Assembly: GCA_963806225.1 (NCBI GenBank)
Contig: CAWDXG010000004.1
Coordinates: forward strand, 2,976,001-3,040,000
From: an uncultured delta proteobacterium
GTDB lineage: Bacteria; Myxococcota_A; Polyangia; Polyangiales; Polyangiaceae
Direction: 5' to 3'
DNA: 64,000 nt
Shown piece by piece: positions 1-13,866 of this stretch. The first letter of the stretch is position 1. The number at the start of each line of letters is the position of its first letter. The notes beneath the pieces were generated by a model. That model did not search any database. It was not told the DNA's origin and was given only the letters and a program-made list of their open reading frames with translations. Position numbers and translations under genes: made by a program.

Positions 1-51
1 AGGAAAGTCGACGAGAAGGCCTTGACGAGCGTGGCGGCCAGCCCCAGGTAG
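1..51 (+). CDS. 3' end of an upstream gene (RKVDEKALTSVAASPR*), product unknown
   Basis: Frame 1 is open from base 1 to TAG at 49-51 with GC-rich third positions; truncated by the window edge. Confidence 0.4.
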   Translation, partial: RKVDEKALTSVAASPR

Positions 52-510
52 CAAACGGTAGTTAGCGACCAGCCCCAGGGCCCGATCCCCGCCGCTCCCG
101 CCGAGTGCGCCAGGGCCCGTCCGAGCAGCCCGGCAGCGAATGCGGTTGCGCCGTGGGCGATCGCATACGCACCGATACTCGCCGCAAGACCGGCAAGGAG
201 GCGACGGTTTCCCAGCAGCTCCCGCAGGATGGTCCCGAAAAAGGCCCTGTTTTCCGGCCGTTCGTGGACCGCAGATACCAACCGTCCGGCCGGCATGTCC
301 GCTTCTGGACGGGGGGTGTGGATCCCGACGGGGGTTGCGACCGTATCCATTGGAGAGGCCGGCGTCACGTCGGTCGTTCCAGGTGACCGGACTTCACCGA
401 CAGCAGGTTCTTGGCCCGGAGCGCGCAGCATCGAGCCGCCAGCGTAGCGCTTGCCCTTGGGAGTCCAAGCCCCTCTTTCCCCCGACTTCCCCAACCTCGA
501 ACGGGAATAA

Positions 511-526
511 CGGCACACATATTGCA
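511..526 (+). promoter_or_regulatory. Putative sigma-54 (-24/-12) promoter
   Basis: CGGCAC-ACATA-TTGCA; GG at 512-513 and GC at 524-525 with exact 10-nt spacing; lies in the long intergenic region before the sigma-70 gene. Confidence 0.65.
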
Positions 527-741
527 CGTTTACGAGTCACCTGCAGTAGCCACATCGGAACCCGGAGGAGCCTCGCCTCGAGTCCACCAAGGAATCGCCA
601 CGCTTCGTGTCCGACCCTCTTGGCCGAGGCTGTTTCCAGAAATCCAGAAACACAGCATCGAGCCACCACGCCCCCGGCGCGCGAGCCAGGGAATCAAGCC
701 TCCGGCCCGGTAGTTGCCTCGACCCAGTCCGTGCCTCCGGC

Positions 742-2175
742 ATGGAGTCTGAAGACCCGCCCGAGATCCCGCATCCCACCCCATCGGTAACCATGTCCCA
801 GAAGCGCCAAGCCATCGCCCCGATCCCGCAGACGGACGCCACGGACGACTCGTCCGAGCAGACATCGGTGCGCATCAAGCGCGCCGATGTGCTTGCTGCT
901 GCAAAGGCTGCCGAACCCCGTCGCGACACCCAGAGTGCGCCCGCCGAGCGGCCCGCCGGGCAAGAAGGCCGAAGTGGACAGCGCCTCGGACTCGATGCTG
1001 TCGCGGTACTTCCGCGACATGGCAACGCACCAGGTCATGGGCCCCGACGAGGAGCTGCAGGCCGCACAGAGCGTCGAGCAGGCCGAGGTCGATCACTGGG
1101 TCGCGCTGCTTGTCGTATCTGCCCGCCGCGGACTACGTGCTGGAGCAGCTCGAGAGCGACCTCGGTTCGCTCAACGAGGACGACCGTCCCGACATGTCGA
1201 ACGATCGCGGAGCTTCGCAAACTGCTCAAGGTGTATCGCAAGCAGCGCTCGAAACTGCTCGCGCACCAGACGCGCCTCTGGGAAGAGCTGTGCGCCAGCC
1301 TCGCGCGCGACGTGCGCCTGCCCGACTCCGATCGCATCTGGGTGGCCAACGCCAACCGCGTGGCGCGCGAGCTAGTCAATCCGTCGGAGGGCGGCGAGCG
1401 CCCGACGCTGCCCGAGAGCGCAGCATACAAGCGGTTCATCACGCGGGTGAAGCGCACCGACACCCGTCAGCGCTTCGCCAAGAACCGCTTCGTCAAGGCG
1501 AACCTCCGCCTCGTGGTGAGCATCGCGCGCCGCTACAACCGCGGGCGCCTGCCGCTCATCGACCTGATCCAGGAAGGCAACATCGGCCTGATGAAGGCGG
1601 TGGAGCGCTTCGACCACACGCGCGGCTATCGCTTCAGCACCTACGCCTCGTGGTGGATCCGTCACGCCATCAGCCGTGCGCTCGCGGACAAGGGACGCGC
1701 CGTGCGTATCCCGGTCCACATGCTGGACACGTACAACCGCGTTTCGCGTGCGACGCAGACGATCATCGCGCGCACCGGCCGTGAGCCGACCCTCGACGAG
1801 CTCGAGAAGGAGACCGGCGTCCCCAAGGAGAAGCTGGACAAGGTCAAGGATCTGTACGCCGACACCCCGTTCTCCCTCGATCGCCCGGTCGGTGACGAGG
1901 ACGGCCGGCGCTTCATCGACTTCCTGGTGGAAGAGAACTCGCTGTCGCCGTACGACAACCTCGCGAACCAGAAGTGGGCCGAGGAGGTGCAGCGCCTGCT
2001 CAGCACGCTGACGCCCATCGAGTCGCGCATCATCCGCTGGCGCTTCGGCCTCGACAACGAGGACGAGCTCACGCTCAAGGAGATCGGCGACAAGTACAAC
2101 CTGTCGCGCGAGCGCATCCGCCAGCTGCAGGAGCAGGCGATCGGGAAGATCAGAAAGCAGATGCGCGAGTTCTGA
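742..2175 (+). CDS. RNA polymerase sigma-70 family factor (RpoD/SigA-like paralogue); frameshifted in the 5' half
   Basis: Region 2 [38 protein letters not shown] and region 4 [15 protein letters not shown] in ORF 607..2175; region 1.2-like [17 protein letters not shown] in frame 887..1375; start may be ATG 742 or 793. Confidence 0.9.
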   Translation: MESEDPPEIPHPTPSVTMSQKRQAIAPIPQTDATDDSSEQTSVRIKRADVLAAAKAAEPRRDTQSAPAERPAGQEGRSGQRLGLDAVAVLPRHGNAPGHGPRRGAAGRTERRAGRGRSLGRAACRICPPRTTCWSSSRATSVRSTRTTVPTCRTIAELRKLLKVYRKQRSKLLAHQTRLWEELCASLARDVRLPDSDRIWVANANRVARELVNPSEGGERPTLPESAAYKRFITRVKRTDTRQRFAKNRFVKANLRLVVSIARRYNRGRLPLIDLIQEGNIGLMKAVERFDHTRGYRFSTYASWWIRHAISRALADKGRAVRIPVHMLDTYNRVSRATQTIIARTGREPTLDELEKETGVPKEKLDKVKDLYADTPFSLDRPVGDEDGRRFIDFLVEENSLSPYDNLANQKWAEEVQRLLSTLTPIESRIIRWRFGLDNEDELTLKEIGDKYNLSRERIRQLQEQAIGKIRKQMREF

Positions 2176-2184
2176 TCGGCCGGA

Positions 2185-2245
2185 TCTGTACCCATCGGGT
2201 ACAGACGTGAAGGGCCGCGGCATGCCGCGGCCCTTCGTCGTTTGT
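2185..2245 (+). terminator. Tandem hairpins, probable intrinsic terminator
   Basis: TCTGTACCC-ATC-GGGTACAGA (2185-2205), then GAAGGGCCGCGG-CATG-CCGCGGCCCTTC (2209-2236), followed by GTCGTTTGTG just after the stop codon. Confidence 0.7.
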
Positions 2246-2896
2246 GCTGCCGCAGGGCCCGCCGCCGAGTACCGCCTGGAATTTCAGCCACTTGGCGCGC
2301 GCGCGCTCGGCCGGGATTTACTTATCCGCGCGGCTATCGCATAACCTGCCGCGGAAAATCAGAGCCTTCAGTTTTCTGCGCGTGCACTCCCGGGACAGCG
2401 AGGGAGGCGTGAGCGACCCCGGAAGGGCGTCGCTCTGCCAGTGGGTAGCCCGGTGACCGGCATCATAGACGGTCCACGCACGGAGTGCCTGGACGGTCGT
2501 GCAAATCTCCCCTCCTCCCCATCGGCTGCCAGGGCGTTGCCTCCCACAGGACGCGCCCATCCGGGGCCGTAGTGTCCCGTCCACACCGCACCTTACGGTG
2601 CGGAATGATCGTCCACGCGCGTGGACACAGCGCCCTCCGACGGGCGTCCAAAAACACACTGTTCTGTATCCAACGGTGAGGTCTAGTCGCCATCCGACCC
2701 CGAGTCGTGGTAGCGACGCTCTCGCCGACAGCCCCTAGCCCTCCGGCCGCTCTTCCGACCGGGACAGGAGGAAGCGGCGAGACGGGCCAAGAGCGACCCG
2801 CGGCACAAGCGAATACCAGATGACTTCCACCTCCAAGCGACCCACTCGCGACGGTCACGTCCGGGAGCGCGTCATGGTCCTCCCCGGTTTGTAGCG

Positions 2897-3554
2897 ATGA
2901 AGCTGTTCGTATTTCCCCGCTGGGCGAACAAGACGAAGCCAATCGTAGGTGCGGTGATGACCATCGCGCCGATCTACGTGATTGCGCTCGTGTGGTACGG
3001 CGCGTCGCCGAAGACGACCGAACGTCGGCTACATGCCGAAGCAGCCGGTACCGTACAGCCACGCCCTGCACGCGGGCGAGCTCGGCATCGACTGCCGGTA
3101 CTGCCACAACACCGTCGAGAAGGCGGCGGTTGCAGCGGTGCCGCCAACGCAGACCTGCATGAACTGCCATCAGCGCATCTGGACGAAGAGCCCGAAGCTC
3201 GCGCTGGTGCGCGACAGCTACAAGACGGGCAAGCCGATCGAGTGGGTGAAGGTGCACGACCTTCCCGACTACGTGTACTTCAACCACAGCGCGCACGTCA
3301 CCCGCGGCATCGGTTGCGTTTCCTGCCACGGCCGCATCGACAAGATGACCGAGGTCCACCAGGTCAAGACGCTCGCGATGGGCTGGTGTCTGGATTGCCA
3401 CCGCGCGCCCTGGAAGAACCTACGTCCGCCGGACCAGGTCACGAACATGAGCTGGAAGCCACCGAACGGTCAGGACCCTGTCCAGTACGGCAAGATGCTC
3501 GCGAAGAAGAACAACATCCATCCTCCAACCTACTGCTCGACATGTCACCGGTAG
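2897..3554 (+). CDS. actA: ACIII pentaheme cytochrome c subunit ActA (1-nt frameshift near 3020)
   Basis: N-terminal TM helix in the 2897 frame; five CxxCH motifs (CRYCH, CMNCH, CVSCH, CLDCH, CSTCH) and PKQPVPYSHALH / LPDYVYFNHSAH in the 2982 frame. Confidence 0.92.
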
Positions 3555-6500
3555 ACAAGAAGACCGAAAAGCCGACCTACTGGCGCAGCCTGGCCGAGCT
3601 GGAGAACGCTCCCGAGTTCCGCGAGTTCGTGGAACGGGAGTTCGCGACGCCGCTGGACGACCAGCCCGTCGGCTCGCCCGGACGCCGCCGCTTCATGCAG
3701 CTCATGGGCGCGTCGCTGGCGCTCGCTGGCGTCTCCGGGTGCCGTTGGCAGGAGGACCACCTGCTGCCGTACTCGCGGCGCCCGGCCGGCGAGATCCCGG
3801 GCGTCCCGCGCTCCTTCGCGACAGCGATGGACCTGGGCGGAGTCGCGACGGGCCTGTACGTCACCAGCTACGACGACAGGCCCATCAAGGTGGAGGGCAA
3901 TCCCGACCATCCCGGCAGCCATGGCACCTGCATGGTGCAGCAGCAGGCCAGCGTGCTGGACGTCTACGACCCCGACCGCAGCCAGGGCGTCGCGCAGTAT
4001 CGAGGCCAGAAGCGCCAGGACTCCAGCTACGCCAGGTTCGACGCGTTCGCGAAGAAGCACTTTGCCGCGCTGCGCGCCCGCGGCGGCAAGGGCCTTCGCA
4101 TCCTCGCCGAGGCCAGCTCCTCGCCGACCGTCGACATGCTCAAGCGGCGCCTGCTCGCCGGCTTCCCGCAGGCGAAGTGGGTCGAGTACGAGCCCATCTC
4201 GCACGACAACGAGCGCGAGGGCAGCCGGCTGGCTTTCGGCAGTCCTGTCCGCACGCAGTACGCGCTCGACAAGGCCGACGTGGTCGTCTCCCTCGACGCC
4301 GATCTGGTCAGCCAGCACCGCGCGGCGATCCCCAACGCGCGGGGCCTCGCGGAGGGGCGCGACCCGGACCGGTTCAAGATGAGCCGCGTCTACGCCATCG
4401 AGAGCACGCTGTCGCTCATGGGTGCGATGGCCGATCACCGCCTGCCGCTCCGTTCGGAGCTGATCAAGGCGGTGGCCGCGGCGCTGGACGCCGATCTCGA
4501 CGCCCAGCTCAAGCCCGACGCCGAGGTCCTGGGTACCGCCCAGCCCAAGCCCAAGGCCGCAGCTCTCGCGGACGCGAAGGTGGCGAAGTTCCTCTCCGTC
4601 GTCGTGAAGGACCTTCTGGCGAACAAGGGTCGGTCGGTCGTCGCCGTCGGCTCGCACCAGCCGCCGGAAGTGCACGCGGTCGTCCACCGCATCAACGCGA
4701 TGCTGGGCAACGTCGGCGTGACGCTGAGCTACACGGCCGAGCCGGACCCCGCTCGGCCCCCGCACGTCGAGGCGCTCCAGGCCCTGACCGCGGAGATGAA
4801 CGGCGGTCAGGTCGACACGCTGCTCATCCTCGGTGGCAACCCCGTCTACAATGCCCCCAGCGACGTCGCTTTCGGTGCTGCGCTCGGCAAGGTCAAGACC
4901 AGCATCCACCTCTCGGCCTACCAGGACGAGACCTCGCGCCAGGCGACCTGGCACCTGAACGCCGCCCACTACCTGGAGTCCTGGGGCGATGCGCGCGGCT
5001 ACGACGGTACGATCAGCATCGTGCAGCCGCTCATCGCTCCGCTGTACGGCGGGCGCTCGTGGATCGAGCTCCTGGCCATGGTGCTCGGCGAAACGCAGAA
5101 GCCGCTCGACATCGTCAAGAGCGCGCACACCAGGCGCCTGGGGGATCCCCGGAAGTGGCGCAAGGCGGTCGCCGACGGTGTCGTGCAGAAGTCGGCGTGG
5201 CCGACGGTGTCGCCGAAGCTCAAGTCTATTGACCCGATGAAGTTCACGCCGGGTGAGCTCGGTGGCGCCAAGGCCGAGGGCAGTGCGGTCGAGGTGCTGT
5301 TCACTCCGGACTTCAAGCTCTACGACGGACGCTTCGCCAACAACGCCTGGCTGCAGGAGCTCGCCGACCCGGTCACCAAGCTGACCTGGGAGAACGCGGC
5401 GCTCATTGCTCCCGCAACGGCCAACGCCCTGGGCATCGAAGAGTCCACGCGCGTCAAGCTGTCGCTGGACGGGCAGGAGATCACGCTGCCGGCGCTCTAT
5501 GCGCCCGGGCAGGCCGAAGGCTCGATCCGCGTTGCTCTAGGTTACGGCCGCACCACGCTGGGCCACGTCGGCGGGCTCGAGGAAGACGGCGTCGAGCCGA
5601 TCGGCGCGAACACCTACAAGCTCCGCAGCACGAAGGGCTACCACTTCGCCGAGGGTGCGAAGATCACGCCGACCGGCGAGAAGTACCGGGTCGGCTCGAC
5701 CCAGCATCTGTGGAATATCGACAAGATCGGCAAGGACGGCGAAGCCGACCGCGTGGACGATCTCGTCCGCGAAGGCAAGATGGAGGAGTTCAAGGAGAAC
5801 CCCGGCTTCGCCAAGGAGCAGGTCGAGCATCCTCCGCTGCTCAGCTTGTGGGTCCCTCCGGTGAACTACGCCGAAGGCCACAAGTGGGGCATGAGCATCG
5901 ATCTGAGCCGCTGCATCGGCTGCAACGCCTGCATGATCGCCTGCCAGGCCGAGAACAACATCCCGGTCGTCGGCAAGGAACGCGTGGTGATGGGCCGCGA
6001 GATGAACTGGATCCGCGTGGACCGTTACTACAAGGGGACGCCCGACGAGCCGGAAGTCATATTCCAGCCCGTGCCGTGCCAGCAGTGCGAGAACGCACCG
6101 TGCGAGAGCGTGTGCCCGGTGGGCGCGACGCAGCACAGCGACGAGGGCCTCAACGACATGACCTACAACCGCTGCATCGGCACGCGGTACTGCTCGAACA
6201 ACTGCCCCTACAAGGTACGGCGCTTCAACTTCTTCAACTACCACATGGAGTTCAAGCACGGGAAAAACAAGGTGAAGGCCATGGCCTTCAATCCCGACGT
6301 GACCTTGCGCTTCCGCGGCGTGATGGAGAAGTGCACGTACTGCGTACAGCGCATCCAGAACGTGAAGATCCAGGCGAAGAACCACAAGCGCGAGATCAAG
6401 GACGGCGAGATCAAGACCGCCTGCCAGCAGACCTGCCCGACCGAGGCGATCGTGTTCGGCGACCTGAACGACAAGTCGAGCAAGGTGGCCGCGCTGCACA

Positions 6501-6598
6501 ACAACCCGCGCTGCTACTCGCTCCTCGTCTCCCTCTTCACCATGCCCCGCACCCGCTACCTGGCACGTGTCAAGAACCCCCACCCGGAGCTCGGCTGA
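3542..6598 (+). CDS. actB: ACIII subunit ActB (molybdopterin-oxidoreductase-like fold plus 4Fe-4S domains)
   Basis: ATG 3542 overlaps the actA stop; YWRSLAEL; Tat/lipoprotein motif RRRFMQLMGASLALAGVSGC; Fe-S motifs CIGCNACMIAC, CQQCENAPC, CIGTRYCSNNCP, CTYC, CQQTCP. Confidence 0.95.
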   Translation: MSPVDKKTEKPTYWRSLAELENAPEFREFVEREFATPLDDQPVGSPGRRRFMQLMGASLALAGVSGCRWQEDHLLPYSRRPAGEIPGVPRSFATAMDLGGVATGLYVTSYDDRPIKVEGNPDHPGSHGTCMVQQQASVLDVYDPDRSQGVAQYRGQKRQDSSYARFDAFAKKHFAALRARGGKGLRILAEASSSPTVDMLKRRLLAGFPQAKWVEYEPISHDNEREGSRLAFGSPVRTQYALDKADVVVSLDADLVSQHRAAIPNARGLAEGRDPDRFKMSRVYAIESTLSLMGAMADHRLPLRSELIKAVAAALDADLDAQLKPDAEVLGTAQPKPKAAALADAKVAKFLSVVVKDLLANKGRSVVAVGSHQPPEVHAVVHRINAMLGNVGVTLSYTAEPDPARPPHVEALQALTAEMNGGQVDTLLILGGNPVYNAPSDVAFGAALGKVKTSIHLSAYQDETSRQATWHLNAAHYLESWGDARGYDGTISIVQPLIAPLYGGRSWIELLAMVLGETQKPLDIVKSAHTRRLGDPRKWRKAVADGVVQKSAWPTVSPKLKSIDPMKFTPGELGGAKAEGSAVEVLFTPDFKLYDGRFANNAWLQELADPVTKLTWENAALIAPATANALGIEESTRVKLSLDGQEITLPALYAPGQAEGSIRVALGYGRTTLGHVGGLEEDGVEPIGANTYKLRSTKGYHFAEGAKITPTGEKYRVGSTQHLWNIDKIGKDGEADRVDDLVREGKMEEFKENPGFAKEQVEHPPLLSLWVPPVNYAEGHKWGMSIDLSRCIGCNACMIACQAENNIPVVGKERVVMGREMNWIRVDRYYKGTPDEPEVIFQPVPCQQCENAPCESVCPVGATQHSDEGLNDMTYNRCIGTRYCSNNCPYKVRRFNFFNYHMEFKHGKNKVKAMAFNPDVTLRFRGVMEKCTYCVQRIQNVKIQAKNHKREIKDGEIKTACQQTCPTEAIVFGDLNDKSSKVAALHNNPRCYSLLVSLFTMPRTRYLARVKNPHPELG

Positions 6599-6601
6599 GT
6601 C

Positions 6602-7981
<1,380 letters not shown>

Positions 7982-8003
7982 GGCCCCTGCCCCGGGTGAA
8001 GCC

Positions 8004-9239
8004 ATGAGCGACACGAAGAAGGAAGCCGGAAAAGCCGCCACGGAAGCCCCGCTGCACGGGCTCCTGGCGGAATACGAAACCCCCACCGCACTGGTCGAGG
8101 CCGCCAAACGCGTGCGCGACGCCGGATTCAAGAAGTGGGACACCTACTCGCCCTTCCCGGTGCACGGGATCGACCCCGCCATGGGCATCCAGCCGACGAT
8201 CCTTCCCTGGATTGTGCTGGTCGCTGGCCTGACGGGCTGCGGCGGCGGTCTGCTTTTGCAGTGGTGGACCAACACCTACGACTACAAGTGGCTGATCAGC
8301 GGCAAGCCCTTCTTCAGCATTCCCGCGAACATCCCGATCACCTTCGAGTTGACCATCCTGTTCAGCGCGGTCACCGCGCTGTTCGCGATGCTGATCCTGA
8401 ACGGGCTGCCTCGCCACCACCATCCGCTCGACCTGAAGAAGCGCTTCGCCCGTGTGACGGATGATCGCTTCTTCCTGATGATCGAGGCTGTCGACCCGAA
8501 GTTCGACGAGAGCGACACGCGGGAGCTGCTCGAAGAGACCGAGCCCGTTTTGCTCGACGAGGTCCTCGAGGATCGCGTCACTTCGGACAAGCTGCCGACA
8601 GGGCTCGTCTACGCGCTGGTCGTGATCTCGGTCGCATCGCTGGTGCCGTTCGGTCTGATCGCGCGCGCACGCGCTTCCACGATGCGCAAGACGCGGATTC
8701 ACATCATTCCCGACATGGATTCCCAGACGAAGTACAAGGCGCAGCGCATGCTGACGTTCTTCCCCGATGACCGCGCGATGCGCCCGCAGATCCCGGGGAC
8801 TATCGCCGTCGGTCAGCTGGACGCGGACGACCATTTGTACCGCGGCAAGGTCAATGGCGCCTGGGCGCTCACCTTCCCCAAGCAGGTCCCCGCCACGGAA
8901 GCGACGATGAAGCGCGGTCAGCAGCGCTTCGGTATCTACTGCACCCCCTGCCACGGCGTGGCAGGCAACGGCGACGGCATGGTGGCCAAGCGGGCCACGG
9001 CGCTCGCGCAGGGCACCTGGGTGCCGCCCGCCAATCTGAACCAGGACTACCTGCGCGTCATGCCGGTGGGGCAGATCTTCAACACCATCACCCACGGCAT
9101 CCGCAACATGCCCGCCTACGGGCCGCAGATTCCACCGAAGGATCGCTGGGCCATCGTCATGTACGTGCGGGCACTCCAGCGCAGCCACAAGGCGACCATC
9201 AACGACGTTCCGGCGACGGAACGCGGGTCACTGAAGTAG
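8004..9239 (+). CDS. actDE: Fused ACIII ActD (DUF3341) and ActE monoheme cytochrome c
   Basis: DTYSPFPVHGID..ITFELTILF..DRFFL (ActD), then a TM helix, DMDSQTKYKAQ, CTPCH and MPAYG (ActE) in one frame. Confidence 0.88.
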   Translation: MSDTKKEAGKAATEAPLHGLLAEYETPTALVEAAKRVRDAGFKKWDTYSPFPVHGIDPAMGIQPTILPWIVLVAGLTGCGGGLLLQWWTNTYDYKWLISGKPFFSIPANIPITFELTILFSAVTALFAMLILNGLPRHHHPLDLKKRFARVTDDRFFLMIEAVDPKFDESDTRELLEETEPVLLDEVLEDRVTSDKLPTGLVYALVVISVASLVPFGLIARARASTMRKTRIHIIPDMDSQTKYKAQRMLTFFPDDRAMRPQIPGTIAVGQLDADDHLYRGKVNGAWALTFPKQVPATEATMKRGQQRFGIYCTPCHGVAGNGDGMVAKRATALAQGTWVPPANLNQDYLRVMPVGQIFNTITHGIRNMPAYGPQIPPKDRWAIVMYVRALQRSHKATINDVPATERGSLK

Positions 9240-9248
9240 GGCTCACCG

Positions 9249-10466
<1,218 letters not shown>

Positions 10467-10478
10467 CAGGTTACTGGG

Positions 10479-11105
10479 ATGGCTACCGAATCCGACAACG
10501 TAAACACCGGCGCCCTCGCGACGATCGTGATCGTGGGCGCGCTGGCGATGATCGGCATCACGACGGCGCTGACGGCGCTGGTGCGTACGCAGGCGGGCGA
10601 CAAGCAGGACCAGATGGACTCCACCGCCAACCTCAAGGCGTACCAGCAGATGGTCGCCTCGCAGCGGAAGGAGCTCGAGGAACCGCCTTCATGGGATGAC
10701 AAGGCGAAGGGGATCGTCCGCATCCCCATCGAGCGCGCCGAGCAACTGGTCGTCACCGATCTCGCCAAGAATCCCGCCTCCGCAAGCCCCGCCCCGCCCG
10801 ATGCGGGGGCGACGTCGCCCGCAGCGCTGGGCAAGTCGCTGTACACGAGCCAGGGCTGCTCCGCTTGCCATTCCCTGAACGGCAAGAAGGGCGTTGGCCC
10901 GAGCTGGAAGGGCATCTGGGGCACGACGGTCAAGCTCGCTGGCGGCGGCGAGGCCAACGTGGACGAGGGCTACATCCACGAGTCCATCGTCAACCCGCAG
11001 GCGAAGATCGTCGATACGTTTCCCCCGGTCATGCCGAGCTACAACGGCAAGCTGAAGGACAACGAGATCACCGCCCTCATCGAGTACATCAAGACGCTCA
11101 AGTAG
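10479..11105 (+). CDS. ActG-like single-TM protein fused to a C-terminal class I cytochrome c
   Basis: One TM helix, motif WDDKAKGIVRIPIERA, Pro/Ala linker, CSACH and VMP axial Met; position after actF. Confidence 0.75.
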   Translation: MATESDNVNTGALATIVIVGALAMIGITTALTALVRTQAGDKQDQMDSTANLKAYQQMVASQRKELEEPPSWDDKAKGIVRIPIERAEQLVVTDLAKNPASASPAPPDAGATSPAALGKSLYTSQGCSACHSLNGKKGVGPSWKGIWGTTVKLAGGGEANVDEGYIHESIVNPQAKIVDTFPPVMPSYNGKLKDNEITALIEYIKTLK

Positions 11106-11120
11106 CAGCACGACGATCCC

Positions 11121-12129
11121 ATGACGTTCTCAATCACCGCATCGATCGCGAACCTGGTGGCCGCGCCTCTGCCGAAGCTACCGAAGTCGCCGTACTTCTG
11201 GATGCCGCCGGAGATATCCACGAACGCCGCCAGCACGGACTGGCTCTTCCACGTGCTCATGCTCGTCTCGGTGATCTCGCTGGGCGGCATCGTCGCGGCG
11301 ATGATCTACTTCGTCATCAAGTATCGCGCGAAGAACGGGCGTGCCGCGAACGAGGTCCCGCAGAAGACCAGCGACCACAACACGACGCTGGAGATCACCT
11401 GGTCGTTCATTCCGCTTGTCATGACGATCGCGCTGTTCGTCTGGGGCTTCAAGGGCTTCGTCGACCTGCACAGCCCGCCGAAGGACACCTACGACATCCA
11501 CGCGCAGGGGCAGAAGTGGAAGTGGCTGTTCACCTATCCGAACGGCCTGACCGATGACGAGCTGCACGTTCCGGTCAACAAGCCGGTACGCATCATCATC
11601 AACTCCGTCGACGTGATCCACAGCCTGTACATCCCGGTTTTCCGCGTGAAGCAGGACGCGGTCCCGGGGCGCTACACGGAGCTGTGGTTCCAGGCGAAGA
11701 AGCCCGGCACCTATCCCATCTTCTGTGCCGAGTACTGCGGCCGCGGACACTCCACGATGCTCTCGCAAGATCGTGGTCCACAAGCCCGGCGGCTTCGAGG
11801 CGTGGCTCGACAGCGCCGCACAGAAGATGCAGGCCCTGCCCCCGGCCGAGCTCGGCAAGGAGCTCTACACCAAGCAGGGCTGTTCCGCGTGCCATTCCAC
11901 CAACGGCACGCGCGGCGTCGGACCGAGCTGGAAGGGGATCTGGGGAGAGGAAACGAAGCTCACCGACGGCAGCTCGGTCAAGGTGGACGAGAACTACGTC
12001 CGCGAATCGATCGTGGACCCGCAGGCGAAAGTTGTCGCCGGATTCGGCCCGGTGATGCCGACCTTCAAGGGCAAGTTGAAGGACAACGAGATCACCGCCC
12101 TCATCGAGTACATCAAGACTCTCAAGTAG
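11121..12129 (+). CDS. ctaC: Cytochrome c oxidase subunit II with fused cytochrome c (caa3 type); frameshift near 11765
   Basis: LEITWS, GQKWKW, DVIHS, CuA motif CAEYCGRGHSTM; C-terminal CSACH domain in frame 11725..12129. Confidence 0.92.
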
Positions 12130-12147
12130 CAGCGAGAAGGAAAGACC

Positions 12148-13835
<1,688 letters not shown>

Positions 13836-13866
13836 GCTACGGCCTCTCTGATTGGACCAAGGACCG

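Noticed and set aside
105..790. Short ORFs in the region before the sigma factor
   Set aside because: No recognisable motifs or coding-like composition; treated as regulatory DNA.
2897..6598. 1233-aa ORF suggesting an ActA-ActB fusion
   Set aside because: Caused by the actA frameshift near 3020. The heme motifs lie in another frame ending at TAG 3554, and ActB has its own ATG at 3542.
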